Source: an uncultured Gemmatimonadaceae bacterium (GTDB lineage: Bacteria > Gemmatimonadota > Gemmatimonadetes > Gemmatimonadales > Gemmatimonadaceae). From it: a stretch of DNA of 64,000 bases. Below are positions 51,020-60,000 of the stretch, one piece after another. Under the pieces are notes generated by a model. It worked only from the letters and a program-made list of their open reading frames with translations. It did no database searches and was not told the DNA's origin. The stretch covers positions 160,001 through 224,000 of the forward strand of contig CAWAGQ010000005.1 of NCBI GenBank assembly GCA_963781585.1, in the 5' to 3' direction. How positions within the stretch are numbered: position 1 is the first letter of the stretch; every line of letters starts with the position of its first letter. The position numbers and the translations under genes are program-made.

Positions 51020-51052
51020 CATATATATTACATACAGTATATGCTACGTCAA
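51020..51052 (-). promoter_or_regulatory. Sigma-70-type promoter of vapBC with overlapping inverted-repeat operator
   Basis: Minus strand TTGACG (51052-51047), N16, TAATAT (51030-51025), then 7 nt to the ATG. CATATA/TATATG inverted repeat at 51020-51025 and 51038-51043. Confidence 0.7.
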
Positions 51053-51183
51053 TGGACGCTCTGTGGGCAGGGACGAGCAATACCTCGGAGCGCTTCGCGA
51101 CTGGTCAGGCGCCTCTGACTGACGCGCGCTCCTGTGACCAGCGGCCCGCCGCCGCTGGCAAAGCACGGGACCCGGCGACCCGC

Positions 51184-52632
51184 TCAGCTGATCGGCTTCT
51201 TGTCCCCCGTCACGCTCCGAACCAGCCGGTACATGAACTCCAGGCTCTCGTAGAACGCCCGCACTGGAATGTGCTCGTTCATCCCGTGGGCATTCGTTTC
51301 ACCGTAGAACTGTCCCGCCACCCCGTACGTCGCGATTCCGCCCAGGCGGAGCGATACCCCATCGGTCGCTCCTGTGCTCATCGTCGGAATCACCGGCACA
51401 CCGGGCCACAGCTCGTTCGTGATCCGCTCGATCTGCGCCATCAGCGCCGGCGTCAGCGGCGACGGCGGCGAGTTGCGCGCCGAGCCGCGCGCCGTGACGT
51501 GCACGCCTGTATCAGCCACCACTCTTTCGAGCACGCCCTTCACGGACTCCGCGGTCTCGTCAGGCAGCACGCGGCAGTTGATCGTCGCCCGCGCCCGCTG
51601 CGGCAGCGCGTTGCTGGCGTGCCCGCCCTCCAGCATCGTCGCGACACACGTCGTACGCAGCTGCGAGTTGTACCTGGGGTCCGCGGACAGCGTCGCCGCC
51701 GCCATGGCGTCGCCCGGATTCGCGACAATGGCCGTCATCGCCGCCGCCATCCCCGGATCCTCGGACTTGAGCGTCGGCGCCAGACGCGTGAAGTACGCGC
51801 GCGTGACGTCGTTGAGATGCACCGGAAAGATCGACGGCGTCACCTTCACCAGCGCCGCCGCCAGCTCGGTGATGGCGTTGTCGGGACGCGGCACCGAGCT
51901 GTGCCCGCCCGGATTGAACGACTCCAGATAGAACGTCTGGACCTTTTTCTCGCTCGCCTGCACGTCGTGCGATACCTTCACCGTGTCGCGCAGCCGCCCG
52001 CCGCCCCCCTCGTTGAACGCGAATTCGGCGTCGATGAGGTCGCGGTGCTCGCGCATCAGCCATCCTGCCCCGTTCGCCCCCCCGCCTTCCTCGTCCGTCG
52101 TCGCCGCCATGATGATGTCGCGGTCCGGCGAATACCCCTCGGCCTTGAGCCGCATCAGGATCGTGAGATCGATCGCCGCGTCGTCCTTGTTGTCCGATAC
52201 GCCGCGTCCGTAGAACGTCCCGTCCTTCTCGATGAACTGGAACGGCGGCAGCGTCCAGTCGGCCGGTTTGGCTTCCACCACGTCGATGTGCGAGAGCAGC
52301 AGAATCGGCTTCTTCCCCGTGTTTCTGCCGTGCAGTCGCGCCACGATGTTGCCCTTTCGCGGGGCGTTCGACAGCACAACGACGTCGGAGTCCGGAAACC
52401 CCGCCGCCTTGAGCCGAGCCGCCATCGCCTCCGCCACCTTCAGCGTCGAGCCGTCGCTGTCCTCGGAATTGATCTCGATCAGTTCCTTGAAGACGTCGCG
52501 CGCGACCGAGTCCCAGTGGGCGGTGGTGCCCGCCTGAGCGTGCAGCGAAAGGGGAGCGCCTGCGAGGGCTATGACAGTGAGTATCGCGGTCAGACGCGCG
52601 AGCAACAGCGGGCAGAGCATCGAGGGACGCAT
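51184..52632 (-). CDS. Secreted M20/M25/M40 metallopeptidase
   Basis: 'SHIDVV', 'GRGVSDNK', 'DEEG', 'GGHSS', 'GATD', 'AHGMNE'. Confidence 0.93.
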   Translation of the reverse strand: MRPSMLCPLLLARLTAILTVIALAGAPLSLHAQAGTTAHWDSVARDVFKELIEINSEDSDGSTLKVAEAMAARLKAAGFPDSDVVVLSNAPRKGNIVARLHGRNTGKKPILLLSHIDVVEAKPADWTLPPFQFIEKDGTFYGRGVSDNKDDAAIDLTILMRLKAEGYSPDRDIIMAATTDEEGGGANGAGWLMREHRDLIDAEFAFNEGGGGRLRDTVKVSHDVQASEKKVQTFYLESFNPGGHSSVPRPDNAITELAAALVKVTPSIFPVHLNDVTRAYFTRLAPTLKSEDPGMAAAMTAIVANPGDAMAAATLSADPRYNSQLRTTCVATMLEGGHASNALPQRARATINCRVLPDETAESVKGVLERVVADTGVHVTARGSARNSPPSPLTPALMAQIERITNELWPGVPVIPTMSTGATDGVSLRLGGIATYGVAGQFYGETNAHGMNEHIPVRAFYESLEFMYRLVRSVTGDKKPIS

Positions 52633-52705
52633 GGGTGTGGTCGCGAAGGAAGTTGGTGGCAGGATCGTGCGCTGTCGGTCATACCGTGTCAACGGTTCCG
52701 GCCTC

Positions 52706-52778
52706 GACCTCTGGCCTCTGACCTCCTTTGGCGTTTGGCCTTTGGCCTTTGGCCTCTGGTATCTGGCCTCTGACGTCT
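52706..52778. repeat. Degenerate heptamer array (GGCCTTT/GGCCTCT/GACCTCT)
   Basis: About 10 units; a reverse-complement mosaic of the 12131 and 14513 units. Confidence 0.85.
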
Positions 52779-52862
52779 CTCCGCCCCCTCTAGCGCACCG
52801 GCCACCAAACGCATTGACTAGAGCAGGCCGAACGTTTCCAAGACACCCCCGCGCTTCTCCCC

Positions 52863-53792
52863 ATGGATCCCAATTCGGGCAACTCCCTCGCCAAGCTCCT
52901 CCTCCTCGTCGCGCTGGGAGGGTTCACCCTCTACTACCTGGTGATCTTCGTCCGGGCGATCGCGAAGAAGCGGCACGAAGCGGCCGGCGAGAGCAACACC
53001 CCGACTCCCATCGGGCTCGGGACAGGATTCATCACCAATTTCTTCGATACGCTCGGGATCGGCTCGTACGCCCCCACCACCTCCATCTTCCGCTTTCTCA
53101 AGATGGTGCCTGACGAGTGGATCCCCGGTACGCTCACCATCGGGCACACCCTTCCAACGATCGCCGAAGCCTACATCTTCACCCGGATCGTCCCCGTGGA
53201 TCCCACCACGCTGATGGCCATGATCGGGGCCTCGATTCTGGGCGCCTGGCTTGGCGCCGGCGTGGTCTCGAAATGGCCGCGGCGGATGGTTCAGCTCGGA
53301 ATGGGTTTCTGCCTGCTGGCGGCCGCCGGCTTGATGGCGGCCTATGCGCTTCGTGGGCAGCCCGTGGGAGGACAGGCAATCGGGGTCACCGGGGTTTTGC
53401 TTGGCGTCGCAATCGCCGGCAATTTCGTCCTCGGCGCCCTCATGACCATCGGCATCGGACTCTACGCGCCCTGCATGATCCTGATCAGCCTCGTCGGCAT
53501 GAATGTGAAAGCGGCCTTCCCGATCATGATGTGCTCCTGCGCGTTCCTGATGCCGGTGGCCAGCGCGCGCTTTGCCCGCACCGGAGCCTTCCACCTCAAG
53601 ACCGCACTCGGCCTGGCAATTGGCGGCGTCCCGGCGGTCCTGATCGCCGCTTTCATCGTGAAGTCGCTGCCCCTCAATGCGGTGCAGTGGCTGGTCGTCG
53701 TGGTCGTGCTGTACACGTCCTGGTCGCTGTTGCGAGCGGCGCGGCGCGAGCGCGCCACGGGGTCGGCGCCTGCGACCGAGACCGCGATGTAG
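52863..53792 (+). CDS. Sulfite exporter TauE/SafE family permease
   Basis: Multi-TM; 'NFFDTLGIGS.APTT', 'GIGLYAP', 'AFPIMM'. Confidence 0.88.
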   Translation: MDPNSGNSLAKLLLLVALGGFTLYYLVIFVRAIAKKRHEAAGESNTPTPIGLGTGFITNFFDTLGIGSYAPTTSIFRFLKMVPDEWIPGTLTIGHTLPTIAEAYIFTRIVPVDPTTLMAMIGASILGAWLGAGVVSKWPRRMVQLGMGFCLLAAAGLMAAYALRGQPVGGQAIGVTGVLLGVAIAGNFVLGALMTIGIGLYAPCMILISLVGMNVKAAFPIMMCSCAFLMPVASARFARTGAFHLKTALGLAIGGVPAVLIAAFIVKSLPLNAVQWLVVVVVLYTSWSLLRAARRERATGSAPATETAM

Positions 53793-54000
53793 CGTTGATC
53801 AATCGGCCGGTCTGTCGTCACGTACCGGCCACGGCTGTCGCCCTCGCCGGCGGTCATACCTGCCAGTAGTGCAGTACGGGTATGCAATCCTCGACCAGGT
53901 GCGTCGGAGACAGCCCGCGCCGGTTGTTGACGAACGCTCCGGGCGGAGCTATGTAAATAGGCCATTCGCATTACCCAACCTCGTACATAGGAGCTGCACC

Positions 54001-54462
54001 ATGCGCCGTTTCGCTCTCCTCACTTCTGCCGCGCTTCTCGTAGCCTGCGCGAAGTCGGAGCAGCAGCCCGCTGCCGATTCCGGCATGGCGGCCGCGATGA
54101 TGCCGGCATCGATTTCCGTCGCTGACGTCGCCGGTACCTGGGACGTGAAGGGACTCAATGAAGCGGGCGACAGCACGCTCGCGACGTACGTCCTGACGGC
54201 CACCGCTGACACAACGTCGTGGATGGCGAAATTCCCCGATCGCGACGCGATCCCGGTGAAGATCATGTCCGTGAGCGGGGACAGCATCGTCACGTCGATG
54301 GGACCGTACGAGAGCGTACTCCGCAAGGGTGTGATGGTCACCACGAATGCCGTGATGCGGCTGCAGGATGGGAAGCTGGTGGGAACCTTCGATGCGCACT
54401 ACACCACCACCGGCCCCGATTCCGTGCTCCACGGGAAGGTTGACGCGACAAAGCAACCCTGA
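54001..54462 (+). CDS. Hypothetical lipoprotein
   Basis: AGGAG RBS; 'MRRFALLTSAALLVAC' lipobox. Confidence 0.85.
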   Translation: MRRFALLTSAALLVACAKSEQQPAADSGMAAAMMPASISVADVAGTWDVKGLNEAGDSTLATYVLTATADTTSWMAKFPDRDAIPVKIMSVSGDSIVTSMGPYESVLRKGVMVTTNAVMRLQDGKLVGTFDAHYTTTGPDSVLHGKVDATKQP

Positions 54463-54507
54463 CGAGTGACAGGGGCCGGCGAACACCGGTCCTGATCGCG
54501 GTGACCC

Positions 54508-54534
54508 CGGGGAGCGAGTCAGACTCGCTCCCCG
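54508..54534. terminator. Perfect inverted repeat, probable terminator
   Basis: CGGGGAGCGAGTC-A-GACTCGCTCCCCG (13-bp arms) downstream of the lipoprotein gene. Confidence 0.7.
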
Positions 54535-54548
54535 TTCGCGTTGGCGGG

Positions 54549-54629
54549 TCAGTGCCGCAGCGCCACCAGCGGATCGACCCGCATCGCGCGACGCGCGGGC
54601 ACCCAGCTCGCTACCAGCGACACGACGAG
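54549..54629 (-). pseudogene. C-terminal remnant of a MacB/FtsX (ADOP-type) ABC permease
   Basis: Translates LVVSLVASWVPARRAMRVDPLVALRH*, the family's C-terminal signature. The frame upstream shows no similarity and hits a stop near 54745. Confidence 0.8.
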
Positions 54630-54732
54630 CTGTGCCGCGTCAGGTTGCGCCACCCACTGGCAAGACGTGCGAACAGCGGCACGCGCCGACTTCCTACAGG
54701 CACGTTCGTATAGAATGTCATGAGCCAGCCAT

Positions 54733-54802
54733 TGGCCTGTGAGCTATGGCCTGTGAGCTATGGTCCATGGCCTGTGGTCTTTGACCTATGGCCCATGGCC
54801 TT
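54733..54802. repeat. Degenerate heptamer array (TGGCCTG/TGAGCTA etc.) x10
   Basis: Ten contiguous 7-mers starting TGG or TGA. Confidence 0.8.
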
Positions 54803-54859
54803 CTCCCTATAGCTTGTCATGGGTACCCGAGCCTGCCGCACCGAACCTGCTGCACCGCC

Positions 54860-55993
54860 ATGCCGACATTTCCGTCCGTTCGTCTCGCCCATGGCCGCGT
54901 CGTCGCGGCCATCGCCGTTTTCGTTACCACTGCCTGCACCGGAAACACGAACGACCGCGCGGGGGCAGTCTCCGATTATCGCGGCGTCGCCCTGAGCGCC
55001 CCGCTCAGCAAACCGTCCTTTACGCTCACCGACTTCAACGGGCATCCGTACGACTTCGTGCGCGAAACTCAGGGCAAGGTGGCGCTGCTGTTCTTTGGCT
55101 ACACCCACTGCCCCGACGTCTGCCCACTGCATATGGCGAACATCGCGGCCGTGATGAAGCAGATGCCCTGGGAGGAGCGCGGAGTCATCCAGTTGGTCTT
55201 CGTGACCACCGATCCGGACCGCGACACGCCACAGCGCCTCAAGGAATGGCTCGGGAACTTCGATCCGTCGTTTGTGGGACTCACCGGCACGAAGGACGAG
55301 CTCAGGAAGGTGCAGCTGATGCTTGGCGTCGCCCCCGCGCAGCGTGAGGACGCCCCCGGCGACAGCGCCGACTACTTCGTGGGACACGCGGCGCAGGTGT
55401 TCGCTTTCGCGCGCGATGGATACGGCTACCTGGAGTATCCCTTCGGCATCCGCCAGGAGGATTGGGCGAACGACCTCCCGAAGCTGGCACGCGACTCGAC
55501 GGGCGCAACCATCCGCCGGGAGCTGGCGGCGGCCGCCCGTGCGAACCGGGTCGCCGTGGCACCTCCACCCGGAGTGGCGCCCGAGGTGAAGATGGGCGGC
55601 ATGGTCGTGACCCAGGCGGTGATTCCCGAACCGGCGGCCCAGAGCGAAGCGGCGCTCTACCTCACCATCAGGAACGACACGCCCCAGGAGGACACGCTCG
55701 TCGCCGTGGCCACCGAGGTGGCGATGCGTGCCGAACTGCACGAGTCGATGCAGACCGGGTCCATGGAGAAGATGGTGCCGCTCACCATGATTCCCATTCC
55801 GGCCCACACCGAAACGCGGTTGGTACCCGGTGCGCGCCATGTGATGCTGATGTCGCTGCGCCAGAAGCTCGCTGCCGGCGACTCGGCCACGCTGTATCTG
55901 TCCTTTGCGCGCGCCGGTTCCGTGGAGGCGCGCGCCCACGTCGTGAAATACGCCGACCTGGAAGCCGCGCTGGCCGAGCATCGCCCCCGCTGA
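54860..55993 (+). CDS. SCO1/SenC fused to a PCu(A)C copper chaperone (lipoprotein)
   Basis: 'FFGYTHCPDVCP' with a downstream His, then PCuAC 'ELHESM...M...PG..HVML'. Confidence 0.9.
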   Translation: MPTFPSVRLAHGRVVAAIAVFVTTACTGNTNDRAGAVSDYRGVALSAPLSKPSFTLTDFNGHPYDFVRETQGKVALLFFGYTHCPDVCPLHMANIAAVMKQMPWEERGVIQLVFVTTDPDRDTPQRLKEWLGNFDPSFVGLTGTKDELRKVQLMLGVAPAQREDAPGDSADYFVGHAAQVFAFARDGYGYLEYPFGIRQEDWANDLPKLARDSTGATIRRELAAAARANRVAVAPPPGVAPEVKMGGMVVTQAVIPEPAAQSEAALYLTIRNDTPQEDTLVAVATEVAMRAELHESMQTGSMEKMVPLTMIPIPAHTETRLVPGARHVMLMSLRQKLAAGDSATLYLSFARAGSVEARAHVVKYADLEAALAEHRPR

Positions 55994-56793
55994 TGCAGTG
56001 GTGGTGCAGCGCGTCCAACCTGCCGTGGTCGTGGACCTGGCGTCCCTACCCGGGCGTCTGGCTGTTCATCGGGCTCGTCTTCATCCTCGTCTGGTTGTGG
56101 AACAGGACCGCCGCAGACCGATCGGGACAGCGCCCGCCGCCCTTGCACCCCTTCTTCCTGCTCGGACTGGTGCTGCTCTGGATCGCGCTCGACTGGCCAC
56201 TCGGCACGTTAGGCGCGGGCTATCTCGCCAGTGCGCACATGCTGCAGTTCCTGCTCATGTGTCTGGTCGCGCCGCCGCTGCTCCTGCGCGGCCTCTCCCA
56301 CGATGCCCTCGCGATCCTCGACCGGGAATCCCGCTTCGCGAGGGCGTTCTGCCGCCTGACAGCGCCCGGTCGTTCGTTGATCCTGTTCAATGCGGTGGTG
56401 CTCGTGACCCACCTGCCACCGGTCGTCGACACCCTGATGCGGACCCAGTTCGGCTCGCTCGCCATCGACCTCGTCTGGATCGCCGCCGGGCTGCTCTTCT
56501 GGTGGCCGGTCATTCTCGATTCGCCGGCCCACCCGCGGTTCTCGCCGCCGCTCAAGATCGGCTATCTGGTCGTCGGCATGATGTTCAGCCCCATCATGTT
56601 CGGTCTGGTCGGCTTCCTCGTCTACAGCGACCACCCGCTGTACGGCATCTTCGAGCTGGCGCCTCCGTTCCCCGGCATCACCTCGCACGATGATCATCAG
56701 CTCGCCGGGGTCATGATGAGCGTGGGCGGCGCCGTGATCGCGTTCACCGCCATCAGCGTGATCTTCTTCAAGTGGAGCAAGGCCGAGGCGTAG
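55993..56793 (+). CDS. ctaG: Cytochrome c oxidase assembly factor (Caa3_CtaG family)
   Basis: TGATG coupling; 'SAHMLQ...VAPPLLL', 'LFWWP', 'DHQLAG.MM'. Confidence 0.85.
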   Translation: MQWWCSASNLPWSWTWRPYPGVWLFIGLVFILVWLWNRTAADRSGQRPPPLHPFFLLGLVLLWIALDWPLGTLGAGYLASAHMLQFLLMCLVAPPLLLRGLSHDALAILDRESRFARAFCRLTAPGRSLILFNAVVLVTHLPPVVDTLMRTQFGSLAIDLVWIAAGLLFWWPVILDSPAHPRFSPPLKIGYLVVGMMFSPIMFGLVGFLVYSDHPLYGIFELAPPFPGITSHDDHQLAGVMMSVGGAVIAFTAISVIFFKWSKAEA

Positions 56794-56797
56794 CCGG

Positions 56798-58423
56798 TCA
56801 GCGCTCCTTCCCCGTCCGCCATTGCTCGAGCGCCTTCACCCGGGATTCGAGCGCGGCAAGGCGGTGCCCGGTCACCTGTACCGGCGCCGCGGGCGTGGCG
56901 CCCGCAACCGCTCGCCCCGTCCCGCCGTGTGCGCTTCCCACTCCGCGCGCCGACACCCGGATGAACGCCCGGCCGATCGGCCCCAGCCACACCAGCCGGA
57001 ACAGGCGCTCGCCGATCGGCATGCGGAACGGACCGCGTACCAGGAGCAGGAAGCTGACGCCAAGGAGGCTCAGTCCCGACGCCGCCATCACGAAGCGACC
57101 TAACGACGCCCCCCCCACCGCTCCCGGATCGCCGCTCCGGTTGACGCTGGCGCCCGTGCCCAGCGAGATCCGCACGTTCAGTGAGGCCCGGATGAGCACG
57201 AATGCCACCGGGAGCAACAGCACCGCGATCACGACCGTTCTGCGCCGCCGGCGTCTGGTGTCGGGATCGGCCCGCAGCTGCTGCCGGAGATTCTCGCGTT
57301 CGTCGACCACGGCGTGCAGCCCCCTGGACACATCGGCGGGCCGAAACCCCAGCACCGCCAGCCGGCGGGCGGCAGACGACACCAGCAGCGCCCGGGTCAT
57401 GGCAATCACGAACAGAATGATCGTCGGAAGGAGGGCGTAGGTCGCTCCGACCTCCTTGCGAAGGGTCCGAAGGGTGAGCCAGCTGGTGAGCGCCAGAAAC
57501 ACCAGCACCAGGCCGAGCGTCCCCGCTTCCTGTGCGAACAGCCGGATGGGAACCGGGATCTCGGCCGCCGCCAGCTGGGCGACGTCGATCGCCTCGACCA
57601 GTGCCTCGGCCGAGGCGAACCGGTCGTCGGGCCTTTTCGCCACGCAGCGGTCGATCGCCTCGCCTAACGCTTCCGGGAGATCCGGTCGGAGCGTCCGCGC
57701 GGGGGGCGGCATCTCGGTGAGCTGCCTGACGAGAATCTGCTGCGTCGAGTCTCCGGTGATCGCCGGACGACCGGTGAGCGCGTACAGCGCCACCAGGCCG
57801 AGCGAATAGAGGTCGCTCCGCCCGTCCACCGTGTCTCCCGACGCCTGCTCCGGGCTCATGTACTCGGGCGTGCCGACCACTTCGCCCACCCGCGTCATCC
57901 CCTGCGTGCCGACCGGGGCGGTGATGGGCCGCGAGATGCCGAAGTCCATGAGTTGGGCACGGCCGGTGGCACGCTCGAGCATCACGTTGTCGGGCTTGAT
58001 GTCGCGATGCACCACACCCCGGCCGTTCGCGTACGCCAGCGCGTAGCCGATGTCCTGCAGCAGGCGCACGATCCCGCGCACGTCGAGGGGCCCGGCGCGC
58101 CGCATGCGCTCCGCCAGACTCTCCCCCTCCACGTACCCCATCGCGAATGCCAGCAGTCCGTCACGCTCCTCGACCGCGTGCACCGGAACGATGTTGGGAT
58201 GCGAGAACGACGCCGCCGTCCGCGTCTCCCGCAGGAAGCGCTCCCTCAGGGTGGCATCGCCCGCGAACTCGGGTGGAAGCACCTTCAGCGCGACCGGCCG
58301 ATCCAGCCGCAGGTCGCGGGCGAGATACACCGCGCCCATGCCGCCGCGACCGAGCTCGCGCTCGATCTCGTAGCGGTCGCCGAGTCGCCTGCGAATCTCG
58401 TCGAGGGAAGTCTGGTCGGTCAC
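56798..58423 (-). CDS. Membrane-anchored Ser/Thr protein kinase (Hanks type)
   Basis: 'GRGGMG.VY', 'VALK', 'HRDIKPDN', 'DFG', 'GTPEYMSPE', and C-terminal TMs. Confidence 0.95.
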   Translation of the reverse strand: MTDQTSLDEIRRRLGDRYEIERELGRGGMGAVYLARDLRLDRPVALKVLPPEFAGDATLRERFLRETRTAASFSHPNIVPVHAVEERDGLLAFAMGYVEGESLAERMRRAGPLDVRGIVRLLQDIGYALAYANGRGVVHRDIKPDNVMLERATGRAQLMDFGISRPITAPVGTQGMTRVGEVVGTPEYMSPEQASGDTVDGRSDLYSLGLVALYALTGRPAITGDSTQQILVRQLTEMPPPARTLRPDLPEALGEAIDRCVAKRPDDRFASAEALVEAIDVAQLAAAEIPVPIRLFAQEAGTLGLVLVFLALTSWLTLRTLRKEVGATYALLPTIILFVIAMTRALLVSSAARRLAVLGFRPADVSRGLHAVVDERENLRQQLRADPDTRRRRRRTVVIAVLLLPVAFVLIRASLNVRISLGTGASVNRSGDPGAVGGASLGRFVMAASGLSLLGVSFLLLVRGPFRMPIGERLFRLVWLGPIGRAFIRVSARGVGSAHGGTGRAVAGATPAAPVQVTGHRLAALESRVKALEQWRTGKER

Positions 58424-58618
58424 CGGGCTGGGCTGCGCTCGCGGCGAAGATGCGGCCGGCGGCGGGCTTTCGCTATGTTTCCGCGCCGCGGACCGTCACC
58501 GGACAGCACGGGCCCCTGCTGACCCATTGCTGCTTCCGACTCCACAGATCCGGTGGGCTGCAAGCACTCGAAGCCGATGGGCACCGGCACGATTCTCGAG
58601 CACGGGTGAGGTACCACG

Positions 58619-59149
58619 ATGGCACGGATTGAACCGCTCCGCTGCGAGAGTGCACCGCCGGAGGCGCGCGCGGCGTGCGATGAGCACGAGCGACGCTATG
58701 GACGCATGACGAACATGAAGCGCACCCTGCTTCACTCGCTGCCTGCGTTTCATGCACTCATGGAATGGTATCCGCTTCGCGACACCGTGCGGCCATTCCT
58801 CGGCGAACGGGCCACAACCATCTTCGCGCACGCCATTTCCACCGAGGTGGACTGTCTCATCTGCTCCACCTTCTTCCGCCGAATCCTCATCGATGCCGGC
58901 GAGGATCCCGATGCGTTGATCTTCGACGACCGCGAGGAATTGCTCGTCGCCTTCGGCCGCCAGATGGCGAAGAACGCGAAAGGGGTGTCAGACGACCTCT
59001 ACGCCCGGCTGGCTTCGCGGTTCTCCCCGCAGGAGATCGTCGCCCTGACCGCGTTCGGCTGTATCATGCTCGCCACCAACCTGTTCAATGATGCGCTGCG
59101 CGTCGATCTCGATGGTTATCTGGAACCCTACCGGCGCACCGGAACCTGA
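58619..59149 (+). CDS. AhpD/carboxymuconolactone decarboxylase-like protein
   Basis: CxxC 'CLIC'; 'VSDDLYARLASRFSPQEIVALT'. Confidence 0.8.
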   Translation: MARIEPLRCESAPPEARAACDEHERRYGRMTNMKRTLLHSLPAFHALMEWYPLRDTVRPFLGERATTIFAHAISTEVDCLICSTFFRRILIDAGEDPDALIFDDREELLVAFGRQMAKNAKGVSDDLYARLASRFSPQEIVALTAFGCIMLATNLFNDALRVDLDGYLEPYRRTGT

Positions 59150-59196
59150 TTGATCGCGCCGCCATCTCACAGGACGGAATGCCAGGGAGTCACACG

Positions 59197-60000
59197 ATGG
59201 CAGAATTCACCGGACGAGTGGCCTTCATCACCGGCGCGGCCCACGGACAGGGTCGTGCGACGGCGCTCGCGCTCGCGGCCGCAGGGGCGCACATCGCCGC
59301 CTATGACGTCGCACGTCCGCTGGAGTATCCCGGGTATCCGCTCGCCTCGTCCGATGATCTCGCTTCCCTCGCGAGCGCGTGCGCGGAACTGGGCTCCACG
59401 TGCCTGACCTTCGCCGGTGACGTGCGTGACGATGCCGCGATCACCGCGGCGGTGTCGGCCACCGTCGATCGTCTGGGACGCATCGACATTCTGTTCAACA
59501 ACGCCGGAATCTGCGCGTACGGTCTCGCCCACGAGCTTTCCGAGGAAGCCTGGGACAGCATGATCGACATCAACCTCAAGGGAAGCTGGCTCGTTGCGCG
59601 GCGCGTGATTCCGGTGATGATCGCCCAGCGCGCGGGCGTGATCATCAACAACGCGTCGATCGCCAGCTTTCGCGGGATGAACCGGCTCAGCCACTATGCC
59701 GCGTCGAAGTGGGGGCTCACCGGCCTCACCAAATCGTGGGCCATCGAGCTCGCGCCGTACAACATCCGCGTCAACTCGGTGCACCCCACCGGCGTGAACA
59801 CCCCCATGAACGATGGACTCGCGATGCTCGAGGGAACCACGCCACGCGAAGTCGCCGAGCGATCGGCTGGCAACCTGTTGCCCGTACCATGGATCGAACC
59901 GGAAGACGTGGCCAATGCGGTGCTCTTTCTCGCCTCGGATCGCGCTCGCTATGTCACCGGTGCGCAGTTCGTCATCGACGCAGGTGTGCTCACGCGTTGA
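59197..60000 (+). CDS. SDR oxidoreductase, mycofactocin-coupled-like subfamily
   Basis: 'ITGAAHGQG', insertion 'DVARPLEYPGYPLASSDDL', 'NNAG', 'YAASK', 'HPTGVNTPM'. Confidence 0.88.
   Translation: MAEFTGRVAFITGAAHGQGRATALALAAAGAHIAAYDVARPLEYPGYPLASSDDLASLASACAELGSTCLTFAGDVRDDAAITAAVSATVDRLGRIDILFNNAGICAYGLAHELSEEAWDSMIDINLKGSWLVARRVIPVMIAQRAGVIINNASIASFRGMNRLSHYAASKWGLTGLTKSWAIELAPYNIRVNSVHPTGVNTPMNDGLAMLEGTTPREVAERSAGNLLPVPWIEPEDVANAVLFLASDRARYVTGAQFVIDAGVLTR

Noticed and set aside
1323..52773. Long alternative ORFs (e.g. 1323-3098, 5033-6922, 21427-23079, 24098-25675, 38346-40388, 40622-42808, 47525-49213, 50770-52773)
   Set aside because: Shadow frames of well-supported genes in high-GC DNA; Arg/Pro-rich with no motifs.
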